From assembly GCA_964016885.1 (NCBI GenBank), contig OZ024747.1, positions 18,166,001 to 18,230,000 of the forward strand: a stretch of DNA of 64,000 bases. The letters run 5' to 3'. Position 1 is the first letter of the stretch, and each line of letters begins with the position of its first letter. The position numbers and the translations under genes are program-made. Positions 1 to 14,764 of the stretch are shown here, piece after piece. Origin of the DNA: Eledone cirrhosa (lineage: Eukaryota). Under the pieces are notes generated by a model that had not been told where the DNA came from, ran no database searches, and saw only the letters and a program-made list of their open reading frames with translations.

Positions 1-138
1 ATGTTAGCATGAGACCCTCAGAAGTTATTTTGGTTTACTTATTTGTTCAAAAGTATGTTGTGTCATGTTATCTGAATGGTTACTGGAAATGGCATTGTCA
101 TGATTCACAATATTATTAAAAAATATGTCATAGTTAAC

Positions 139-366
139 TTAACCTTTTAGCATTTAAATCTGCTGTATCCGGCTAGAATTCTCTCACCTCTTTCTGTTGA
201 AACAGGCTGTAATCAGCTGCTCTTACTGATGTTAATGTATTGTTCTCAAAATAAATAATATCAAAACCTCATAGATTCGATATTATGTGAGGTAAAACCT
301 TTACCATGAAAATATAATAGTAAATATAATAGTATATATGGAGGAATGTAAATGCTAAAGGGTTAA
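139..366. mobile_element. piggyBac-type MITE
   Basis: TTAA-CCTTTTAGCATTTA...TAAATGCTAAAGGG-TTAA. Homologous copies at 11215 and 41381. Confidence 0.75.
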
Positions 367-3122
367 GACAGTTTTTATTCTCAGCATGGAAGTTTTGATT
401 TCTATCTTTTGTTACAAATGATATCTGCTGCCTTATTTATTTATTGTATATTGTGGTTAGTTAACAATAATCTCATTAATTACAGATAACCAATTGTTCA
501 ATCTCTAATTTACTGAATGTGACATCATTACTGATGGTGACATCAATGGGATTCTGTGTTCAACTCCAACAATAATAAGACCATCTTACCTGCTAAAGCA
601 GCAGTTAGCCCTGTGGGCCCCATGATAAGCTTCTCCACTTTTCCCTATCACCTGCATCCTATCTCACCTACACTCTAGCTTTCATTTCCTCCTCCATCAT
701 TTTTAGTCATTTTGTAAGAGTCGTCTAAAAGAGTTGGTGCCAGGAAGTGCATCTAGCCATAAAACAATGCCCCCAAAAGGACCTCCTGATGAGTGTGTGT
801 TGAACTCAGCACAAGAAATATTGCATGGTTTGACTGGAACAATCCTAGTTTGAGGGGTATGTTCTAATGTCCTACGCAGTGTACTAATTTGTCCTGAAGT
901 GACATTGAATTGTTGTAGATTGTCTTGGTTTTTTTTTATGAGAAGGTATAAACTCCAAGAAAGAGAAAAAATAGGAAATGTTAAAATCTTCACCATTTGG
1001 ACTTGGTTCAAATGCTTGGACTTGGTGTTGATAAAATGTAATTTTCAAGGAATTCATTTTGTTTGTATGAAAATGTGGCACACAAGTTTGACATAATTTT
1101 TAAAATCGCTATGAAATGTTATATTTCTGTAAATTTTATTGCTTTTTAAAATCGTTTTAATCGAGATATTTTATTTAAATATCAGTATTGTTTTTGTTTT
1201 TGTTTTTATTAGCACTAAAGAGGAAAAGGAATCAGGATATGAAAGCACTTTGTTATTATAGAAGTACCAGTATATATCATCATCATTTTACGTCCACTTT
1301 TCCCTGCTTGCAAGGGTGGAATGGGAACTGATTCTGGCTTGATTTCTACAGCTGGATGCCCTTCCTAACACCAACCTCATTTACAGTGAGTGTTGGGTCC
1401 TTTTTTTCGGCACCTCCACAACCACTTTGCAGTGGAATGATATGGACTCCAGTCCTATCATCTCATTTCTACAACTGAGTAAACTAGAGCAATGTGAAAT
1501 AAAGTGTCTTGCTCAATAATAATAAACAAAAATTGAAATTTGTCTGAGTTTGAGGTTAAAAATATTGAAAATTATATAAGTTTGTGGCTTGGGATTCATA
1601 AAATATTAGTTTATATTTAATATACTGTTGATTACAATTAAAGGCGGTCAATTTGTCAGAGTCATTAGAGACTTGGATATTTGCTCCTTGTCTCTGCATT
1701 CTGAGTTCAAAATTCAGCTGAGGTCTGCTTTGCTTTTCTTCCTTTTGGGATCAATAATGAAAGGGCCAGTGTGGTACTGGTGCAGGCCTCCCTTATTACA
1801 GCTGTCACATCCTGGATGTTTCACTGGGGAGTTAGATGTCAGTCTGCTCACAGAGGTCCACATTGCCTTTCAACTTTTTGGGGTCAATGAAGAAAGAACC
1901 ACTCCAGTGCTGGTGTAGCCCTCCCACCTTACAGCTGTCACATCTTGGTTGTTCCATTGGGGAGTTAGGGTGTCTGTCTGCTCACACCTGCATAAGCATT
2001 CAAAACACTTTACAAAACCATGGTACATACTTGATTGTGTGTGACCAATGAAGTAGTAATAGTACATGTAGTAATGTTTGTTCATGACTAACTGTCAAAA
2101 GTCTGTAAGTGTAAATAGCAAGATATCTCAAGTTTTATTGTTTGATTGTTTGGAAAATTGGAAAATCCAAGTGAATTAAATAGTACCGTAAAAAGTTTGC
2201 ACTGAAGTCCAGTTGCAGCCTCAATTGTTTTTTCAGTTTAAATGCCACTTTTTTTATAACTTTGTCAAGTAGTCTTAGAATTAGTACATCCAGTTTAGAA
2301 TTTTAATAAGATATAGTGCAGGAACATTGTGAACCTATGGTGTTCATGCCCTGTACAACATAGCAAAATCATTCTATTCATATACAGGAGATATAATTTT
2401 TTATTTGTGATTTTATTGGAAAATAAGACAAACAAAAGAAGCAACCTTTAATCTACCAGTTATCATCTCAGAAGTTGGTACATTGGCTCAGTGGTATGCT
2501 GGTTAGATAAATAGGGGATCCAGTAAAGATTGAGATGACTTTGATGATGATGATGATGTTGACTGGCAATGATTATGTTTATGATAACGACAATGAAGAC
2601 AACATCAATAAGGATGTTGACAACAATGATGATGATCATGATGATCATAATGACAGCAATGATGATAAAAAGGATGATGACAGCATTGATGATGATGACG
2701 ATGAGAATGGTGGTGATGTTGCTGATGATGATGGTGATTATTCCTAACATAGCTGCAATGCTATAAATTTTGTTTGCGTATCTGGTAAGGGGTGAGGCAT
2801 AGTTGAAAACTTTCATTACCAGAAATACCCTTCAGTTGGTGGTTTGTTTGCTCCATAAACTTCAGGGGCTAGGGGGAAATAGCTTTTGTAACAGATTATT
2901 TCCCAGGCCTCTATATTAACTGTTTAATGGAAGAACAAAACTGAGTTACAACTGAGAAGGAAAACTGGGTTATAGTTTTGGTTCAGTAAGAACTTGAGGT
3001 CTACACCATGTAATTCCCCAATACAGCACACATATCATACAAACGTTTATACAGATAATACATACATATCTATCTACACACAGACATATATATATGTAAA
3101 TATATATATATATATATATATA

Positions 3123-3192
<70 letters not shown>

Positions 3193-3233
3193 TATATATA
3201 TAAATATATATATATAAATATATATATATAAAT

Positions 3234-3278
<45 letters not shown>

Positions 3279-3319
3279 TATATATATATAAAAATATATA
3301 TGTACACACATATATATAT

Positions 3320-3376
<57 letters not shown>

Positions 3377-3739
3377 AAAATATATATGTACACACATATA
3401 TACACACACACACTCATATATATATAGGTGCATGGCTTAGTGGTTAGAGCCTCAGGCTTACAATCATAAGGCTGGGAATTCGATTCCCGGACTGGGCTGT
3501 GTGTTGTGTTCTCTTACTCACTCCCTCCCTCTCTCTCTCTCCCACTTGATCTAAAAAGTACAAAAAAGTACCAAGTCTACCCTGGGTAAAGTGGTGTTGC
3601 TAGAGTCACGATAAAATGTTCCTAGTACATGCTGTAAAGTGGCTGGAATTAGGAAGGGCATCCAGCTGTAGAAACAAAAACCAGCTATTTGACCAGATTA
3701 ACCTCAGTACACGACAACCCACCTCACTCTTACAAGCAA

Positions 3740-4086
3740 CATCATCATCATCATCATCATTTCATTTTACGTCCGCTTTTCCCTGCTTGCAAGGGTTAGA
3801 CGGGAACTGATTCTGGCTTGATTTCTACAGCTGGATGCCCTTCCTAACACCAACCTCATTTACAGTGAGTGCTGGGTGCTTTTTTGCCGTGGCACCTCCA
3901 CGTCCACTTTGCAGTGGAATGATAGGGACCCCAGTCCTATCATCTCATTTCTACAGCTGAGTAAACTGGAGCAATGTGAAATAAAGTGTCTTGCTCAAGG
4001 AAACAACACATCACCCGGTCTGAGAATTGAACTCACAACCTTTCGATTGCAAGGCCAATGCTCTAACCACTAAGCCATGTGCCTCC
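3740..4086 (-). mobile_element. tRNA-derived SINE family B (CORE-like centre, (GAT)n tail)
   Basis: Minus strand head GGAGGCACATGGCTTAGTGGTTAGAGC...GAGTTCAATTCTC, centre CCTTGAGCAAGACACTTTA, tail ...AAAAGCGGACGTAAAATG(ATG)n. Partial copies at ~1277-1515, 3427-3515, 50062-50331 and 54725-55050. Confidence 0.8.
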
Positions 4087-4110
4087 ATTGCATGGAAAAT
4101 AGATTTTAAA

Positions 4111-4294
4111 TAATTGTTTCTACTTTTGGCACAAGGCCAGCAATTATCCCAGTGCATTACTGCTACTTTATTTTATCGACCCCATAAGGATGAAAGGCAA
4201 AGTTAACCTCGGCGGGATTTGAACTCAGAATGGCAAGGCCCGTAACTCTATGCATCAAAGCATGGCGTCCAACCCTCTACCGATACTGCCAATC
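4111..4294 (-). mobile_element. SINE family A
   Basis: Reverse-complement match to the 16914-17103 consensus. Confidence 0.85.
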
Positions 4295-4386
4295 TAGATG
4301 ATGACACATATATTTGCATGCACATACACACACCCATGTAAGTGTACACATACATACAGATGTATATGTGCACACATACACACATT

Positions 4387-4432
<46 letters not shown>

Positions 4433-4547
4433 TTATTAATATCGTATATCTACTCCAAAAACTTGTCGAGTGTTTTATATCAGTTATAAAAATATTTACT
4501 TGTTGTATCCCAACAACTTTAAATAGAACTTTTGCATTTATATATAA

Positions 4548-4709
<162 letters not shown>

Positions 4710-6335
4710 ACAATATCTTCAATCAAAATGATAACAGTTAGAATCTCTATATATATATATATACTTTGCAGGTTCTTCCATCTCTTAAAACAAACAATTC
4801 TTAACCATCTAGTAAGCCCCACATGACAGATTCACGAAAATCCAGTTTCCTCTTAACGTCTTACACATATATTGAAACCATAAACCAGCAGTAGGGATGG
4901 AAAGCCAAGTATTCCTTTAATTGAAACCCTATACCAATCCACATGCTACCAAAAATTTAACTTATACTGCAGAATATCATATTTTTATTTCTTATCTTCT
5001 CATTTCAAATGAAACTTTGTTGTTACTGTTGTTGTTTAACCACAGGCCAGTCCTAATCCAGTAGACCTATGATCAATAGTTGCTCCATCATTATCATCCT
5101 GTCTTTTAATCAAATATTATGTAGCCCAAGGTTGTGAATTTGCAGAGTCATTAAAGTATTGTATTAAATGATTTGTGATATTTGTTCTGGCCGAATGGTT
5201 AAGAACTTTGCTTCACAATCACAAGGTTCTGGATTTGGTTTCACTATGTAATATCCTGTTAAGTATCTTTTATCATATGCTCAGGTCAACCCAAGTGTTG
5301 TAAGTTAAACTGGGTAAAAGGAAACTGTATGAAAGTCTCTCAGATGAGATAAGGATAACAGTCAATCAAAGCTCCTTTGTAGTTCTTTGCTTGAATGAAG
5401 CTGCAGCATCCTAAGATTCATGATGCCTTCCACTTTTTTGTTCAAAGATCTTGAAATGCCAGCATAAAATGTAATGGTGCTCTCTTTCTTCCAATGGCAA
5501 GATTATATATATGTTTTTAAATGCATTAACTACAAGAATTCTTGTAATGCTGAACTTCTCTCCTCAAAACCATACAACAACAAACTATTTTGTAATTTTT
5601 CATCAAGTGACAACCTATTTACATGAGGTCCCTTCAAGCATAAAGTTGATCGACCAAACCCATTTTTGTTGACATATTTTCTAGAATATCAGCAAAATTC
5701 ATATTTAATTCATCCAGCTAGGATATAAAATATATCTAAAAACTTCAAAATTCTGGTTGACGAATTTATTTATTTGTTTATATTTTTAGTCATAATATTT
5801 TCAAAAATTGAATTATTAAATCTTTTCGTTCTTTTCATTTTAATTTTTTAAATGAAAATTTCATGTTTTGTATTTAATAAAATAAATTTTTTTAAATTTT
5901 CAACAATGATTAAGTTAGGATTAAATACCAAGCATGTATTATTTTATTCTTTTACTGCTCTAAGTTATATTATTGGGGCCATGCTGGGGCACCATCTCAT
6001 AGAATATTTATTGTTGATTTATCAAATCCAGTATTTTACTCGTCATAAAACAGACATTGTTGCTTAGAACAAAATATGTCAAGGTATACTTGTTTGATGC
6101 TCTGACTTTTCTTTCTGTTACCAATGTATGTATGTACAAAGTGTTACATTCAACAGAAAGTTTTCTATTCACTGTAAATGCCAATAGGTTAAGTACCAGT
6201 TGTATATTTGGCTCTCTTCAATTGGATGACCTTGGACCCATGAAAAGAACCTTTATTATGTCTGTCTCTGTGCAATAAACTTTACAATGTACATTCATTC
6301 TTTTGTTTGTAAAACAAAATGCACACACAATATTG

Positions 6336-6370
<35 letters not shown>

Positions 6371-6376
6371 ACACAA

Positions 6377-6555
6377 TAATTGTTTCTACTTTTGGCACAA
6401 GGCCAGCAATTACCCAGTTCATTACTGGTACTTTATTTTATCGACCCCATAAGGATGAAAGGCAAAGTTAACCTCGACGGGATTGGAACTCAGACCATAA
6501 TGGGACGTAACTATGCTAGAAAGCATGGGGTCCAACCCTCTACCAATTCACCGCC
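6377..6555 (-). mobile_element. SINE family A
   Basis: Reverse-complement match to the family A consensus. Confidence 0.8.
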
Positions 6556-6781
6556 AATTCACACATACACAATAATGACAATTGTGAAGGAAAGATGTAG
6601 AAATTCATAATTCATTTTAATACGCAATGAGAAAATTTCAGGAAAGGCATTAAATATCATTCAATTAGAATGTTACTTCATGGTAAAATAGACTTACTGG
6701 CAACTTCCTATCTGCTTAGTTTAGAGTACGGTGGTGTACCTAGTGGAACCAGTATGATCTGATTCACTGATCTGTCAACAT

Positions 6782-7150
6782 ATGGAAAACATGGAGCAAT
6801 ATTACGCCATCAAATCTTGTGTTAAACTTAAGAAAACCAAACAAGAAGCCTTAAGAATGTTAGAGGAGGTGTATGGAAGTGAGTTGATAAGTAAAGCAAG
6901 TTTCTACAAATGATTCAAATAATTTTTTGAAGGAAATGAACAGGTTGAGAATGAATGTAGATCTGGAGCACCGAACAGAGCATGAAAGGAGGAAGACATT
7001 AAGAAAATGCAAAGGTAAGTGATGCAAGACTATTGGGCTACTGTGAGGATGATATCTGAATCTATAGGTATAAGTATTGGCACAGTGGAGAGAATTCTGA
7101 CCAAAGATCTGGAGCTCCACAAAATCTGTACTAAATATCCTCATTTTATG
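6782..7150 (+). pseudogene. Mariner transposase N-terminal (HTH) remnant
   Basis: One frame with four stops: MEQYYAIKSCVKLKKTKQEALRMLEEVYG...FYK*FK*FFEGNEQVENECRSGAP...ATVRMISESIGISIGTVERILTKDLELHKIC. This is the typical mariner bipartite DNA-binding region. Confidence 0.85.
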
Positions 7151-7258
7151 TTCAGAAAAATGTTCATGAACCAATTTGATTTTTTCTTCAAGGAAGTTTT
7201 TGAATTTTTTTGAAGAACTTTCAATGCTTTCAAGTTTTTATAGGTTTTGCCATCTGAA

Positions 7259-7744
7259 GAGCTCAGGCTATCATAAGTGATAGTCCTCAGTGAAATATAT
7301 ATATATATAGAGAGAGAGCTCAGGCTATCATAAGTGATAGTCCTCAGTGAAATATATATATATAGAGAGAGCTCAGGTTATCATAAGTGATAGTCCTCAG
7401 TGAAATATATATATATAGGGAGAGCTCAGGTTATCATAAGTGATACTCCTCAGTGAAATATATATATATAGGGAGAGCTCAGGTTATCATAAGTGATAGT
7501 CCTCAGTGAAATATATATATATAGGGAGAGCTCAGGCTATCATAAGTGATAGTCCTCAGTGAAATATATATATATATAGAGAGAGAGCTCAGGCTATCAT
7601 AAGTGATAGTCCTCAGTGAAATATATATATATATATAGAGAGAGCTCAGGCTATCATAAGTGATAGTCCTCAGTGAAATATATATAGAGAGAGAGCTCAA
7701 ACTATCATAACTGATAGTCCTCGGTGAAATATATATATATATAT
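7259..7744. repeat. Minisatellite: nine copies of a 36-bp hairpin unit separated by variable (TA)n(GA)n
   Basis: GAGCTCAGGCTATCATAAGTGATAGTCCTCAGTGAA starts at ~7259, 7316, 7369, 7422, 7475, 7528, 7585, 7642 and 7693. Confidence 0.95.
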
Positions 7745-8409
7745 CATCATCACTGTTTTACGTCCATTCATCCACGCTAGCATGGGTTAGACGAGTTGTC
7801 CTGTTGTGGGCAATACCAGGTTGGGTGACCATGTCTTGCCCATACGGGAACTGATTTTGATATATATATATATATGTAAAAGGTAACAACACAATCGGTA
7901 CAGTATATGAAAGGAATATATTACACACACATACATGCATACATACACTGAAGTTGTTTAGCTCCATGGTTTAGAGCACTCAGCTGGAATTTGAGAGATA
8001 CGGAGTTCAATACTCTGTAACAGCTGTTGACCCCTTTTCTTTTCATGTATATAGGGGTATTTTACCTGATTTTCTTAATTATTATTTAGACAATCAACTA
8101 TGATTATAGTTATTTTCTGCATTCAGGATTTCTACATTTTCTAAGAATATATAAAATTTAAAAAAAATATTGTCCAAGTCTCTTCTTTTTACCTACTCCA
8201 TCTAATTCTATTTATATCCAGAATTTCTCTCAGCTCATTTTTGCTCATTCATGCACACAAACATTACACATCCAGCGGAGCATACTCATCTCATATCTTT
8301 TCACCCTTCACACATCCGCTCTATTAAATACCCATGTTTTGCTACCATATAACATGTGTGTGTGTGTGTCTACATGAATATCTTGATGTGTGTTTGTGGA
8401 TGGTGTATG

Positions 8410-8440
<31 letters not shown>

Positions 8441-8473
8441 ATGTATCCCAGGTTCAAGCCATTTCTATATTAA

Positions 8474-8504
<31 letters not shown>

Positions 8505-9353
8505 ATATATATGTGTGCACAATCACACTCATATATCTGTCTCTGTGCGTGCATGCATGTGTCTGTGTGTATGTCTGTATATCCGTATAAATAGTTATTT
8601 CCATAACTCTATAGAAATCTGCAAATCAGTCTACATCATAATGGGTTGGTGGTGATTGTGGTTGAGCTGGTGGTGGTAGTGGAGATGATGTTTGGGGGGG
8701 GGGGGGTCGTGACTAGGGTTTGGGGTGGCAGGGGGGGGGGGGGCAGTCAGTCAGTCAGTTAGTTAATGCTACTGGTGTTGGCACTGTTGCCATGAATGTG
8801 GCCAGCCATGGCATGAGGCAGGCAGGGTGGAAGTGACACGGGCAGGGTGGGAGAGGAGAGATAATGGTGATAGGATGTGGAAGAGAGAGGTGGGAGGAAG
8901 CAAGTTGTGATAACAGTAATTGCAAGAGCATACAGACATGGGAGCGGATGAGGCTTGGCTGGCTGAGGGGAGACAAAAAGCAAAAAAAAAAAAACAGAAC
9001 CAGAGACTGGCAGGTAGGGCAGGAGAACAAATATATATATATATAAATAAAGAAAATTATAAAAAAAAAAGAAAAGAAAACGCTGAATGTTTTTTTAAAA
9101 GGTAAATTCAGCTTCAATGGAACTCTTCCTCCCAGTTCCGGCTTTTCTGTTTTTGTTTTTTCACCCCTTGTTCTGTTGTTTGGCAAAAGAGAAAATCTTT
9201 CCTGGTGGAAGCGCTCTTCAGCTGCTGTGAAATGTTGGACCTAATCTTCCAGCCAACACCATCGCCACACCCTCACCACTACCATCACGGACATCACCCC
9301 CACTTTCACCACTACCACCACAGACATCACCCCACCTTCACCACTACCACCAC

Positions 9354-9745
9354 CACTGACATCATCCCCACTCTCACCACTACCATCGCTGACATCACTC
9401 CACCCTCACCACTACCACCACTGACATCATCCCCACCCTCACCACTACCGCCACTGACATCATCCCCACCCTCACCACTACCACCACTGACATTATCCCC
9501 ACCCTCACAACTACCGCCACTGACATCATCCCCACCCTCACAACTACCGCCACTGACATCATCCCCACCCTCACAACTACCACCACTGACATCATCCCCA
9601 CCCTCACAACTACCACCACTGACATTATCCCCACCCTCACAACTACCGCCACTGACATCATCCCCACCCTCACAACTACCACCACTGACATCATCCCCAC
9701 CCTCACAACTACCACCACTGACATCATCCCCACCCTCACCACTAC
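9354..9745. repeat. 33-bp minisatellite (~12 copies)
   Basis: Unit CCACTGACATCATCCCCACCCTCACAACTACCA. Confidence 0.95.
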
Positions 9746-10437
9746 CAGCAACAGCAGCACCAACACCACTAACATCACCCTACATGCCACCATCACAGTC
9801 AAACCACCATCATCAGCACCATCACGACTACAACTATTACCAAACCCTTACTATTGTTCACTCATCACATCCATGACAACCAACCAGCCAGCCAGCCAGT
9901 CTTTCTTGTTTTAGAGGAATAAGTTTAGTTCAGAGTTCAATTGTCAGTTAGTCATTACCAGACCACTATCTACCAAATTAATTTTGTGGGGTACCTTAAT
10001 TAATTTTTTGGAGTGCCATAATTAATTTCTAGGGAATACAAGATAAAATGTTCAGCCCCCCTCCCCCCTCTCCATCCCTCATGCAATCTTTAGCAACCCC
10101 ATGTCATTCACTACAATTACCACTACCACCATTATCACAACCACTATACCCACCAGCCCCCTACATATCAACAGATAGCCTCTTCGTGGTCTTCATAATT
10201 TGCTAGATATAGTAACCAAATCTCCTTCAAACTATATCCTATTGTCTTAAGAATAAAAGAATGCATACTGTGTGTATCTCGGCTTTTAGAATCAATTCAC
10301 CATATCCCTGTGTGTTGTAAGAGATAACTGAAAGTGTTGGTGTCAGAAAAAGCATCTGGATATAAAGACATTGCCTCAAAAAGTCTCACCCAACTCATTC
10401 CAGTATGGAAAAGTGAACACCAAAATGATGGTGATGG

Positions 10438-10468
<31 letters not shown>

Positions 10469-10698
10469 GATGAGGAAGAAGAGGACATTGTATAATTGTT
10501 TCTACGTTAGGCACAAGGCCAGCAAATATCCAGTGTATTACTGGTACTTTATTTTATCGACCCCGTAAGGATGAAAGGCAAAGTTAACCTCGACATTGTA
10601 TAATGTCGTCCGAAATAGACCTTGTATGTAAAATGGGGGTGCAACTTATCTACTAGTGGGACTTATACATGATTATCTGAATATAAATGTGTGTGTGT

Positions 10699-10891
10699 GG
10701 GCTGAAAAGTTCATAGGGTGGCTATGAAGGAGTGATGCTGGAGCTATGAAATCTTACATGCATTAATTTCAAGTGTTCTTATTAATAACGGCATTGTTTC
10801 TTTCCAGGGACTATGTTGAAAAATAAACCTCATTTGGTCATTCCATGAGAGTATCTTGATCAGCCTATGAAATTTTCAGCTGACCCTCGTA
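10699..10891. mobile_element. Tc1/mariner-type MITE
   Basis: TIR-like GGCTGAAAAGTTCATAGG ... CCTATGAAATTTTCAGCTGACCCTCGTA. Second copy at 51604. Confidence 0.65.
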
Positions 10892-10921
10892 TATTTATAT
10901 ATATATATCATCATCATCATC

Positions 10922-10952
<31 letters not shown>

Positions 10953-11214
10953 ACAAAGCATAATTGAATGTCCATCTCCCACACATAAATAGATAACATA
11001 ATAGAATTCAATCAGCAAATAAAAGACTCACAGATGGTAAGAGAAATTGTAACTATCTGATGTTTGAAAGGCATCTATTTTACTCAAGTCATATGGTGGG
11101 TAATGTTTTGTGTTAATGTCCCCATGCTTATCTTTTGAATTATATATATCTTTATTCTAGCTAAGGTATTACTACATATACGAAAATATGGGATGATGGT
11201 GGCTGGAATTGTGC

Positions 11215-11434
11215 TTAACACTTTAGCATTTAAACTGGCCATTTAATCCAGCCAGAATTTTGTCACCGCTTTCTGTTCAAACCAGCCGTAACTGGTCACT
11301 CATACTGATGTTAAGGTATTGTACTCAACATAAATAATATCAAAAATCTCATAGATTCGATATTATGTGGGGTGAAGTGTTTACCATGAAAATATAATAG
11401 TAAATATAGAGTAATGTAAATACTAAAGGGTTAA
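11215..11434. mobile_element. piggyBac-type MITE (same family as 139-366)
   Basis: TTAA TSDs, similar TIRs, shared internal CTCATAGATTCGATATTATGTG. Confidence 0.75.
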
Positions 11435-11994
11435 TCCTAGGTCTGCTCAATTGGAGTTGATATGAGCAAGGCTTATAAGAATGGGTTTCAGCTGACGTAT
11501 TGGTCATGGGACCAGAGAGCCAAGATTATCTGAGGCCTGCTCCACTCTATCTAAACAAAACATCTCAACCCTCTGGGGCCAGCAAGGCAGTCTTGTTTCA
11601 CCTTGCAAAATCTCTCTCAGTGGCCCTGATCAGGTCTCTATTCTTTTAATATGACTGGTGACCCTACACAAACCAGTTCTTCTTTATTAGAATAGAGAAT
11701 TAAAAAAAAAACACCCCTGAATATACAATATTAATCAAAATAATAGATAATAGGAGACAACCTTCCTTATAATCCCTTTGTTTTTTTTTGTCTTTTTATT
11801 TGGTTATTTTCGAAATTTTTTTTTTCATATTTGTTTTTTGTGAAAAAAGTTTTTATTATTATTTTAATTTTCAGATTGTACAAATTCATATTTAAAAATA
11901 TAAATATTTTTTATTGGTTTGCTTTGGTTTTTCAAAATTCTTATTTGTTTTTTTTTTAATTTATGGATTTTTTGTACACATTTATATTTAAACG

Positions 11995-12027
<33 letters not shown>

Positions 12028-12363
12028 TATTTGTTTTGGTTAATGTTGCTGTCATTGATTTAGTCAACTCTGAAGCTACTGTTGACATTAGCCCCTTGGT
12101 TAATTATATTGTAGTCCTTATACAAAGGAGGAGCTGATGTGAATAATTTAGGGGATTGCTTTATTTGTTTATTATTATTATTATTATAATTATTATTTGT
12201 GTGTGTGAAAATCCAGTCAGTATTTAATTAGATGTTAAGTCAATTGTTTTTGAATAACGAGTCACCCTAGTCTTAGTATTTATTCCCTTGTGGTTGATTC
12301 TATTGTGATATAGTCTGATGGACAACAACAATTACTTTTGATTGTACACAATGTCGCAGATTG

Positions 12364-13498
<1,135 letters not shown>

Positions 13499-13785
13499 AA
13501 TAACGAAACGAAATTAAATTTTGTTTCGTTTGTAACTCACTTTTGTATGACTGACGCTTAAACAATTAAGTTAAAGATGTACATCCATATATGTATACTG
13601 AAATACTAGTATGTATATGAATACACACACGTATACATATGTAGATGTACCAAGTTTTTTCCCTGGTCACTTTACTGTGAGTGGCCAGCTATTCTGTATG
13701 TAAACACACAGACAAACCGGTTTTTAGAGTCATACTGGTTTTTGAGGAAACACCTTTCCTCTATTCTCTAGAAAGCCAGACAAGG

Positions 13786-13830
13786 AATATTGAACTAGTT
13801 TCGTTGTTGTTACAACTCATCAGCAATATT
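13786..13830 (-). ncRNA. Type I minimal hammerhead ribozyme (copy L1)
   Basis: Reverse complement of the same motif, core intact. Confidence 0.85.
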
Positions 13831-14252
13831 TACCTATCTTCCGGCCTCTCTAGAGAATCGTAAAAGCACATATCGTTATATGCTTTTTCTATGAAAATTA
13901 GTAGTGGGCAGACTAATTTGCATAGAGTGTGAGTAAGTACCGGTTCAACGGAGACGATAAAAACAAATAACGAAACGAAATTAAATTTTGTTTCGTTTGT
14001 AACTCACTTTTGTATGACTGACGCTTAAACAATTAAGTTAAAGATGTACATCCATATATGTATACTGAAATACTAGTATGTATATGAATACACACACGTA
14101 TACATATGTAGATGTACCAAGTTTTTTCCCTGGTCACTTTACTGTGAGTGGCCAGCTATTCTGTATGTAAACACACAGACAAACCGGTTTTTAGAGTCAT
14201 ACTGGTTTTTGAGGAAACACCTTTCCTCTATTCTCCAGAAAGCCAGACAAGG

Positions 14253-14297
14253 AATATTGAACTAGTTTCGTTGTTGTTACAACTCATCAGCAATATT
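14253..14297 (-). ncRNA. Type I minimal hammerhead ribozyme (copy L2)
   Basis: Reverse complement of the same motif, core intact. Confidence 0.85.
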
Positions 14298-14719
14298 TAC
14301 CTATCTTCCGGCCTCTCTAGAGAATCGTAAAAGCACATATCGTTATATGCTTTTTCTATGAAAATTAGTAGTGGGCAGACTAATTTGCATAGAGTGTGAG
14401 TAAGTACCGGTTCAACGGAGACGATAAAAACAAATAACGAAACGAAATTAAATTTTGTTTCGTTTGTAACTCACTTTTGTATGACTGACGCTTAAACAAT
14501 TAAGTTAAAGATGTACATCCATATATGTATACTGAAATACTAGTATGTATATGAATACACACACGTATACATATGTAGATGTACCAAGTTTTTTCCCTGG
14601 TCACTTTACTGTGAGTGGCCAGCTATTCTGTATGTAAACACACAGACAAACCGGTTTTTAGAGTCATACTGGTTTTTGAGGAAACACCTTTCCTCTATTC
14701 TCCAGAAAGCCAGACAAGG

Positions 14720-14764
14720 AATATTGAACTAGCTTCGTTGTTGTTACAACTCATCAGCAATATT
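14720..14764 (-). ncRNA. Hammerhead ribozyme copy L3 with core mutation GAAA>GAAG (probably impaired)
   Basis: Plus strand reads AGCTTCG instead of AGTTTCG (T>C at 14733), i.e. A15.1>G on the ribozyme strand. Confidence 0.7.

Noticed and set aside
786-830. Hammerhead-like CTGATGA...GAAA
   Set aside because: Stem II base pair broken, no NUH triplet in register, stem I unconvincing. At most a decayed relic.
703-1011. 102-aa minus-strand ORF
   Set aside because: Includes WLDALP, derived from the GCTGGATGCCCTTCCT repeat motif seen in SINE family B. No domain recognised.
2535-2766. Asp-rich or Met-rich ORF
   Set aside because: Degenerate (GAT)n tract.
7259-7744. CRISPR array (36-bp palindromic repeats with spacers)
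   Set aside because: Spacers are only (TA)n(GA)n length variants, there are no cas genes, and the context is eukaryotic.
7955-8015. tRNA gene
   Set aside because: A/B-box-like remnants but no cloverleaf. A decayed SINE head, like the other tRNA-like heads in the window.
9205-9876. 223-aa proline-rich extensin-like ORF
   Set aside because: Arises from a 33-bp minisatellite that is open on both strands. No splice or domain support.
13681-13863. 60-aa ORF (MASYSVCKH...) repeated six times
   Set aside because: GTG start, no recognisable domain, antisense to the ribozyme. It is a by-product of the tandem repeat.
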